From Folioceros fuciformis (Eukaryota), in contig JBNGIO010006373.1 of assembly GCA_049999805.1 (NCBI GenBank), positions 278,735 through 298,734 of the forward strand: a stretch of DNA of 20,000 nt, in the 5' to 3' direction. Positions 11,595 through 20,000 of the stretch are shown piece after piece. The position numbers were made by a program, and so were the translations under genes. Every line of letters begins with the position of its first letter. Position 1 is the first letter of the stretch. Below the pieces are notes generated by a model that was given only the letters and a program-made list of their open reading frames with translations, searched no databases and was not told where the DNA came from.

Positions 11595-12405
11595 CCCATG
11601 CAATTTTCCAATCTCCCTCCAGACCCCTTACACATACTCATACTGAAAAAGTAGGGGCTAACTTTTGTTTGGCGCACCCACAGAACACAACCTGCAGAAT
11701 TTCTCCTTAGCAGCGATAAGCAAACCATCCCATCGATCCGTTGTAGGCAACCAAGCTTGAAAAAAGCACCATACCATAGCCTGACCTTTGGAGGGACACA
11801 CACTATTGTCCAAAGGAGATGGAGAGCGCATCGTTGCCAATAAACGAGTAACCCCATCCTAGGAGCCATCAATTCATGCTTATGGCTCCTCTACATCTTA
11901 ATCAGCTAATGATAGACATCTGCAGTACAAACATTAAAGAAGGAGGTAGAACCCTCATGGCAACCATTAGGGCATTTGGGCCAGCTATAAAGGTCAAGTC
12001 ACAAGGTGAGCTCCCAATTCTCTACAAGACAAAACTAGCACCGCCTCCTTGAGTTGAGTTCCAAGTGATGTCCCATGGCAACTCGTCCTCTGTTAACCAT
12101 CTATCCACTCGAGTAGAGCGGGATAGGACCATAAGAGGCCGTAGAGACCACTTGCTAATCACTCCTTCTTCTCTTCCATGTCCTTTTAAAAGAGCATTGG
12201 GTGAGGTCACTCTAAAGGACAAGGTAGCTCCCTAATTACCCGGGCTAGCAATGAAGGTTGCTCGGTCAAACTCCGGAAGGGTGCAATCCTCATCTAAGTC
12301 CTCATCCTCTAACTTGTCCTCTAGCGCATAGGCTCCACAAGTGTCTGCTTCCACCTCTGCTGGTATCATCAGAGCCTGTCTAGCACCCTCGTCCATGCCA
12401 CTCTA

Positions 12406-13296
12406 CAGCCATCGGAAAATGACTCTAAGATGGTGAGCAGGAATGCCAAATTCTTCCTTTAATTCTCGCTCCCGTGCATTTGGCTCTTCTAAATCATCTC
12501 CTTTGGAACTCATCACTCTCCCTGGTGAGTCAGCATATCCAAAAGCATAAGAGCCACTTGCACTTACAAAGGTTGGTTATGCTACCCTTGGTTTTAACAC
12601 TTCATTCACGGCAAAGTACGGCATACTTTCACGCTTCATGACTTCTTGAGGATGCTTGTCTCCGAACATGATGCCTTTCACTTGCACCATTTTTGGCACT
12701 GTGATATCCCTGCATGCCATCAATGCTTCTCTAAGCATCATGTTGTTCCATATGCACCTTAGTCGATGTGCACGTGACCCAAACTGCACAGCATGAAGAT
12801 ATACTTCCATGCCCACTACTCCTTTGATTTGTTTGAAGCTATCCTTCACAATTTGCCTCTTGTCAAACATTGCCAAAACGTTCTCAAGAATGTACCCACA
12901 TGACTCTTGCTGATATTGTTCAACCAACCTAATAATCCTTGTCGGCTCAAAGAATAGCATTGACCTTAGATCCAACAATCCGCTTCCTGCTCCTGCCAAT
13001 GACATGCCTTGACATTCCCACCCGGCAATGATCAAGTTTACTGACACTCCCAATCCCTAGATTTGCTCCCATCCTATATGCCTTACATCCGCAGGTAGTT
13101 GTTTTTGAAAGTTCCTCATCGCCCCCTTGTCTAATAAATCTGGATAACGATTCAACAGCTCCTACACACGTGCTGTTGCCACAACTTGAGCCTGCACATC
13201 TCTGTCACAATAGACATATTTTCTTATCTTCACACCACTTCACAACATTGCTTCCAGCCGTGAGCGTATGCCACCAAACAACTCCACCAGTGTTAT
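12406..13296 (-). pseudogene. C5-cytosine DNA methyltransferase domain embedded in gypsy pol
   Basis: One frame with in-frame stops. Motif I ITLVELFGGI (13296), motif II YVYCD, motif III LPADVRHI, motif IV LIIAGWECQGMSLAG (Cys 13014-13012), motif V GLLDLRSMLFFE, motif VI YILENV (12885), motif VIII QFGSRAHRLRCIW and motif IX-like EEPNARERE. Motif X is not clearly recognisable. Confidence 0.9.
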
Positions 13297-13581
13297 CCCT
13301 TTATCGGTGACATTCCACTTAATGATTCTTTGGTCCACTGAATGGTTGCTAGCAATCACACTTTGGTCTTGGCAGTATGATTGCGGTTGATACTCCACAT
13401 GCTCAACATCCTTTTGTTTGTACAGCATTAGCCTTCTCATTGCTTTCTGAAATGCAGGCCTACCTTGGATTTGTAAAGGTGCTATTGTTTGCCTTTATTG
13501 CTCCATTGCCGCCTCCACCAATAAACTCTCAAATGTAGCTTCTTCGACACTGTCTTCTTCTAGGTTGTACATTAATGCCAC

Positions 13582-13989
13582 TTACTCCCTCAGCTCCACA
13601 CTTGTTGTATGCACCTGATACACCGTGTGAGTCATCATTGCCGCCTGTTTCGGGTGCAACAATGACAATGGCACCAGTGCCAATGTTCCTACACCTTCTT
13701 CCCACTTTGGATAGAAGAACATTTGTTCTGTCCAATTGTCAACTCCTCCCCCGGGCAGGTACAATGCTTCACACCCTAACAAAAAATCGTAACCGGCCAC
13801 ATCAGTAGCCAAACAAGTTACCTTAATGAATGTAGCATTATCTATCCTCAACTTTAATGCTATGTTCAGCGGTTTGGCCGTCTCTCCTAACACAGACTTG
13901 GTCGTGCCAGCTACCGTATGTATGTAGTTAGAAGTACAGACCGCGTTGGTTATGGGTAACTTAGCTAGTGTGGTCATACCCTTTGGTAT
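13582..13989 (-). pseudogene. C-terminal part of retropepsin-like aspartic protease of gypsy pol
   Basis: IHTVAGTTKSVLG flap-like segment and YDFLLGCEAL (D-x-x-LG motif), in the same frame as the downstream DNMT. The catalytic D-S/T-G is lost at the junction near 13990. Confidence 0.7.
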
Positions 13990-14107
13990 TTAGTACCGAA
14001 GAGGTACAACTCTTCAGACACAAGCTATAAAAGCCCACCTCTTGTAATCAATTTTATCAATTAGTAAAGCACTATGTTTTGATCAAACGCTTCTGCAAAG
14101 CACGACA
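13990..14107 (+). repeat. 3' part of the copia 5' LTR
   Basis: Contains TATA-like ctataaaag (~14026-14034) and ends ...GCACGACA four bases before the PBS. The TG start is not present at the left junction. Confidence 0.65.
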
Positions 14108-14111
14108 AACT

Positions 14112-14123
14112 TGGTATCAGAGC
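14112..14123 (+). other. Primer binding site complementary to initiator tRNA-Met (TGGTATCAGAGC)
   Basis: Exact canonical plant LTR-retrotransposon PBS just after a CA terminus and upstream of gag. Confidence 0.92.
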
Positions 14124-15467
14124 ACAAGTTTGATTACTAAGTTCATCATGCATTATGATGTGAATCTAAATGTTCTTCTAATATGCAACGTCTTTCTTAT
14201 GCCTTTGGTATTTGTAATATGGAGCTATTTTATACTTATTCATAGTTTCTCTTATATTCAACCAAACATGTTTTTTTCTAATAAAATAGTTTGGCTTCTT
14301 CTATGATTAACTTTTATATTCATTAAAGTTTCATGTCTAATTACCACTCTCATTCTTCAATCTTATTCTTCCAAAACCTAAATCTCAATAGATTCAGCAA
14401 GTCAATCTTTCTCATTCCTCACATTTGCTACAACACGAAAAGCTTGCTATCAGAAGAAAGTTGATCATGTCTCAACACAGGAGATTCCACCAGGTAGGGC
14501 ACCCTCTTTTGGCGCCACTTTTGATCCCGAGATTTCGAAGGATTTGACGCTGGAGGTTTCTGGTCGTTCAGTGGTGGTTCTGGACGGCGCCGGTTTAGAT
14601 CTCTTACCAGAAAGGTTGCCTGGGCTGGATGCCCCTTCTGCATCTTGCGCACTTCAGATTGAAGGAGTTTTGGCCTAGATCGGTGGAGGTGAAATTGCAG
14701 GGGGGATCCGGCAGTTATGCGCATGTCCAACTTGCTGAGCAGCAAAACGGTTCCCCAACTGCCAACTTAAATCGAGTTTCTTATCGGGGGGCATTTCTGA
14801 CCCACCCAATGAAACTCAGTTGCAGTTTCTTTCACAAGGGTATGAAATGGTTCCCCCGTTTCTTACGGCGTTTCTGTCCTTTGATATCTTATTTTCCCGG
14901 CTTCCGAACAGACTTGGGGTATCTGATGGGGCCCACCTGGTGTGTTCCTCTGGATCTCCTGGCATACCTTTACAGCCCTCACCTGCAACTATTCAGTGCT
15001 CCTCGCCTCCTTATACGCAGCCTCTGGCGGTGGAGTGTCTAGTTTTTCCAGCTTTAGTCATCAAGCAAGAGCCCTTATCGCCGCACTTTCAACGTGACAA
15101 CCTTTGCCACTCAGCGTTACCTTTATCAGCAAGCTAGTGCTACTCCTCAAGAGCTATTTCAACTGGAGTGTCGTCATCTCCGTGATTATCTTAATCAGCT
15201 CTCTGAGTCGGTGCACTCAGTTGCCCAAGCAGTTCAACATCTTTCTACTGTTTATGGCCCTAGTAATCGTGGCATCGTTCACTAGGTTGCTTGACTTTCT
15301 GGACTTTTATTCGTATACCATTTGAGTTGATCCTCTTCAAGATTTGATATATCAATATATATATATTTGAAGACTACTTGGCTTCTCGTCATAACTTGAA
15401 GTTAGCAGAGTCCTTCTTGTATTTCTTTTCTGCTTCTATCTAATCACTATTGTTTGCTTCTATCACG

Positions 15468-18400
15468 ATGGCTTCCTCATCAAACACGCCCCCTACTCCT
15501 ATCATCAATTATGTGAATGTGACTTCTGAATTCAAAGAGAAAGACCGTTTTGACGGCACTAAGTTCGAGATATGGTCCAAACGTATGCGTTCTGTCTTGA
15601 ATACTAGAGATCTACTTGGCATAGTTGATGGATCTATTACCAAACCTAATGGGCCTTCACCTGCCCACAACTCTTGGTTGAAACAAGACAAGCTAGCTAT
15701 GCATATCCTTATCTCGGGCCTCGATGAAGTCACTCTTCATCATCTTGATGGTGCTACTACTGCTGCTGAGGCTTGGTGGCAGCTAGTCGATATTTTTCAA
15801 TCTACCAATGTTATGACATTAGTAACAGCGCGCAACGAATTTTATTCTCTCCGCATGAATAATAATGAGAGCATTGGTACTTATGTTGGCAAGTTTCATT
15901 ATCTTCGGGCCCAGCTTGCTGCCTTAGGCACTCCCTTATCGGAATTCGAAGCTTGTGTCCAACTGCTGGCCTCCTTTCCTGCCAGCTTTCAAGCATTTGT
16001 GTCCTCTCAGAATGGCACTGTTCGAGAGGCTCATCAGGCGATAAAGGCTGGCCGCACACCCAACATTTCCATCTCCGAAATTGCCGGCGCTCTCCTTCAA
16101 GAGGAGGCTTCCAAATACAACGACGGCACTTCAAAGCATGGTGGTGAACGAGTTATGTTCATTAGCAAAGGCCGTCAATGCCACCAGCTCCACCAGCGAC
16201 GTCGTCCTCCTCCACCTGATAGGTGGCCCTTCACTGCGCCTTCTCCGGCTCCTGGTCGTGAACCTTCGGCATCCAAACCTACTAGTTCCGGCCGCAAGCC
16301 CGGTACCTACAACTGGTGTCAAATTCCAGGCCACTGGGAGCCTGATTGTCGCAAGAAGAAAGCTGGCGAGCCTCGACGTCCATCCAAGACTGCCAATACG
16401 GCCTCGACCTCCAAGCAGAAACAGGCCGACATTGCCCTCACAATCTGCTTGGCAGCTTTTGAGTATAAGACCTCTTGGCTAATGGATTCCGCTGCCTCCG
16501 CGCATATATGCTGCCATCGTCATATGTTTTCTTATTATCTCCCTGCCAAAGATCAACGTTTTGTTCTTCTCAGCGACGACTCTGGCCTTACTATTGCGGG
16601 CACTGGCACTATTACTTTTACTCTTGAAGATGGTTATGTGTTTCTTCTAAGTGATCTGCTGCATGTTCCGCAAATGGCGAAGAATCTTATTTCTGTTCGA
16701 CACTTGGTGAAGGACAGTACATTCCGGCTAGAATTTGGAAGAGGCGATTGCCTCCTCACAAGATCTGTTGCTCCTGGTCGCGTGGTTGCCAGAGGTCGTC
16801 CGCGACATGATCTCTATGTCTTCTCCACCGTACGAGTGATCACGGCTTCCTCGACCCCAGCTTCCGCCATGGCAACTGCGGTTGACAAAGGGAGTTCTCG
16901 CAAAGGCGACTCCCTATTATGGCATTCTTGGCTTGGACATATTAATCATGCTAAGCTTCTCGAGATGTCTAAGCAGGATTTAGGGATAAGCTACCTCACT
17001 TTTCACAGACTCCACTATTATGTGAACCTTGTATATATGCTAAACAGCGTAGCTTCCCCCATCCTACTCTCCTTGCCCGTCATGCTACTCAGCCCTTGGA
17101 GTTGGTCCATGTTGATCTTTGTGGTCCACTTCCCGTCCTTTCACTTGGCGGCGCACTGCATTTTATGACTATTGTTGACGACTATAGTCGCTATACCTTT
17201 GCTATTCCACTCAAGTCGAAGAGTGACTCCTTCGGCTCCTTTGCTCCTTTTGTCACTATGGCCGAGCTGCAAACCGTTTGCAAGCTTCGGTGTATTAGAT
17301 TTGACAATGCAGGGGCATTAAATAACCGGCAATGTAAGAATTTTTGTCTTGAGAGGGGGATTCTCCGTCAATTTACGGTTCCCTACACTTCCCAGCAGAG
17401 TGGGGTTGTTGAAAAGGCCAACGGCGATTTGCTCGCCATGGCCCACGCTATGCTAGCCTGTGCTCAGCTCCCCAAACCCTTTTGGGCCGAAGCGATAAAT
17501 ACTGCAGTGTATCTCCGCAGCAGGGTACTTTCCAAGTCCGTTCCTGACCAGACACCCTTTGAGTCATGGCATGGATATAAGCGTCTTACTACTCATCTTC
17601 GGATTTTTGGCTACCCCGTCTATGCTAATATTCCTTCTTAGCTTCTCGACAAGCTTTCTGCTCGTGCTCGCAAGCTGGTATTTGTTGGCTATGGCGAGGA
17701 TTGTAAGGCTTATAAACTGGTTGACTTGGATACCCATGCTATTGTATATGCTCGCACTGTCACTTCTGATGAGGCTTGGTTAGCATTTGCTCGTTCTGAG
17801 TCCATGGATTCTACTTCGGCTCCTTCAGACGACACGGCTTCTTCCGACCCAGGTGACCTTATGCCTGAGTTTTTGACTCAGCCCTCTGTTTTCCCGGACT
17901 TTGGTCTTGCACCCACTGCTCCATCCTTGGCCTCTTCACCTCAAGCAGCACCTATCCCTATTGTTCCTGCTCGAGAGGGGGAAGATGAACACACCATTGT
18001 TGATCCTTATGAAAACAGAGAAGACTTTGGTGCTCTTAATCCACAAGACCCAGAGACTGTTCCTGCTCCACCTTGTCCTGTAATACTTGATCCAGCCCTT
18101 GAGCAAAGATATCCTTTGCGTCATCATCAACCGAGACACCTTTGGAATGAGATCCGCTTTGATTTAGAGTTCAATCAAGCTGCCTACACCACCACTGCTG
18201 CAGGTCACTTCAACGCCTTTAGTGTTGCCCCTTAAGAGGGAGATCCTCTCACTCTGCAAGAGGCATATTCGCAGCCCGATGCAGCTAAGTGGAAGTTCGC
18301 TATTGATGATGAATATAATTCTCTTATCAAAAATAATACTTGGACTCTAGTAAACTTGCCGAAAGGCAGAACTACTGTCAAATGCAAGTGGGTTCTCAAA

Positions 18401-19754
18401 ACTAAATTCCAAGAGGTTGAACCTCATATTCGCTACAAGGCGAGACTAGTGGCTAAGGGTTATACATAGAAAGAAGGAGTGGACTATCGGGGCGATAAGG
18501 TTTATTCACCTATAGTCAAGGCTGCTTCCGTGAGAATGCTCCTGGCTTTATGTGACGAGCTTAATCTGGAAATTTATCAGCTTGATGTTTTTACTACTTT
18601 CCTTTATGGTCATCTGCAAGAAGAGATCTATATGGATCAACCAGAAGACTACGAAGATAAGCAATATCCAAATAAGGTGTGTAAACTTATTCGTTCTATT
18701 TACGGACGAAAGCAAAGCCCACGTTTATGGTATGAGAGAATGGACTCTTACCTTAAGAAGATCGGTTTTATCCAAAGTGAAGCATACACCAATATCTATG
18801 TACTCCGCAAGGACAGCTCCTTTGTACTGGTTGCTCTTTATGTTGATGAATTAGTTATTCCTGGCAACAATATTGAACTAGTTAACAAGATTAAAGATGA
18901 CGTTAATAAAGAATTCGAGATAAGATTAAAGCAGACTTTCGTAAAGAATTCGAGATGAAGGATCTCGGCAAATTTAAATATATTCTTGGTATGCATGTAC
19001 ATAGAGATACCACTGGTGCTATCTATCTCCATCAAGGAAGATATGTAGTTGGTAAGTTAAAACGCTTCAATTTGGAGAATGCACGTGCGGCAGCCACACC
19101 TGGCGCCGTAGGTGTTAAGCTTTCATTTGCTACGTGTCCATAATCAGAACAGGAAAAGAAAGAGATGGAAAATATTCCTTATCGTATGGGAGTTGGTACT
19201 CTCATGTTCTTAAGTAATCAGACTAGACTTAATATCTCAAATATTGTAAATGCTATTGCTCAGTTCTCAGAGAATCCAAGAAAGGATCACAGGGTTGCTC
19301 TTACGTGCATCATGCGGTACCTCAAGGGTACGCCAAATTATGGCCTCTGCTTCAAGCCTAGCGGAAAGAAGCATATGCTGCTGACATGCTTTGTTGATGC
19401 AGATTGGGCTTCAGATGCAGACACCCGAAAAAGTATCTCAACATATTGCTTTCTTGTTGGCTCCACTGTTGTTAATTGGTCTTGTTGAAAACAAGCTGCA
19501 ATATCACTTTTGTCAACGGAATCGGAGTACAAAGCACTCACTGAAGCCACGAAAGAAGTTGAATGGGAAAGAAAGCTATGTGAAGATTTAGATATGAAGC
19601 AGGAAGGACCAACAATTCTTAACTGTGACAATATGTCAGCCATTGGTCTTGTCGCTAATCATGTCTTTCATGCGCGCGCGAAGCATATTGAGATTCAACA
19701 CCATTATATTCATGACGTTGCTCAGAGGGGAATTTTTAAGGTACAGAATGTACC
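15468..19754 (+). pseudogene. Copia gag-pol polyprotein with frameshifts and premature stops
   Basis: Gag: RFDGTKFEIWSKRM and degenerate zinc knuckle YNWCQIPGHWEPDC. Protease: WLMDSAASAH. Pre-integrase: LWHSWLGH. Frameshift near 16990. Integrase: LVHVDLCGP, IVDDYSRY, RFDNAG, QQSGVVEK. RT: CKWV, RYKARLVAKGY, LDVFTTFLYG, LYVDEL. RNase H: FVDADWASD, STESEY, CDNMSAI, KHIEIQHH. Stops include 17639, 18233, 19141 and 19486. Confidence 0.95.
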
Positions 19755-20000
19755 TGTGGGGTTAAAATATGGTAATCGGGGGTACCGCGAGGTCCACACA
19801 AGCCCTCTATGTTGTTGTAGCTCTGGGATTCGATCCCAAGGGAATGATTTGTGTTAAACTACACAGGTTAGCTTCTAAAGTCAATTAACACCTAAAGCTC
19901 GACTGACCCACACACACACGTCCAGTGCTCGGACCTTACCAAGCCCCCATACTTCTCACACCAGACGACCCCTCGACCCACCGGTCGCCCTAGGGACTAC
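19755..20000. mobile_element. Probable terminus of another LTR element inserted into the copia RNase H
   Basis: Copia homology stops after KVQNVP, before the expected ADxxTK motif, exactly where TGTGGGGTTAAAAT begins. The following sequence looks non-coding. Confidence 0.55.

Larger units (their letters stand above)
9830..13989 (-). mobile_element. Degenerate, 5'-truncated Ty3/gypsy LTR retrotransposon carrying a C5-DNA methyltransferase and a PHD finger
   Basis: Domain order PR - DNMT - unknown - RT - RH - INT tail/PHD - PPT - LTR on one strand, with gypsy-type RT/RH motifs. Gag and the 5' LTR are absent. Multiple stops, frameshifts and internal deletions. Confidence 0.9.
13990..19754 (+). 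mobile_element. Degenerate Ty1/copia LTR retrotransposon, interrupted at its 3' end
   Basis: LTR end, PBS, leader, then gag-PR-INT-RT-RH order diagnostic of copia. Confidence 0.95.

Noticed and set aside
12406-13296. Host DNMT gene (DRM/CMT/MET1/DNMT3) or bacterial restriction-modification methylase
   Set aside because: It has no introns, no BAH/chromo/UBA domains, no DRM-type motif permutation and no partner nuclease, and it is in frame with a retroelement protease.
15450-17168. 572-aa ORF as a functional or domesticated gag gene
   Set aside because: The zinc knuckle first Cys and protease Gly are mutated, and the ORF ends out of frame after a frameshift; this fits ordinary decay.

Overview
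Eukaryotic nuclear DNA from a land plant; the compact introns and divergence from angiosperm orthologues suggest a non-seed plant, but this is inference. Bases 1-7425 hold the 5' 29 exons (about 1417 codons) of an intron-rich NUP188 nucleoporin gene on the minus strand, which continues off the window start. Bases ~8.2-9.7 kb are AT-rich, with two short tandem arrays. Bases ~9.7-20 kb are a nested LTR-retrotransposon cluster. It contains a decayed minus-strand Ty3/gypsy element whose pol reads protease, C5-cytosine DNA methyltransferase, an unassigned segment, RT, partial RNase H, (integrase core deleted), PHD finger, then PPT and LTR. It also contains a decayed plus-strand Ty1/copia element (LTR end, tRNA-Met PBS, long leader, gag-PR-INT-RT-RH) and a probable third LTR insertion at 19755. 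The most notable feature is the gypsy element, which carries both a DNA methylation writer (DNMT) and a chromatin reader (PHD) in its polyprotein.
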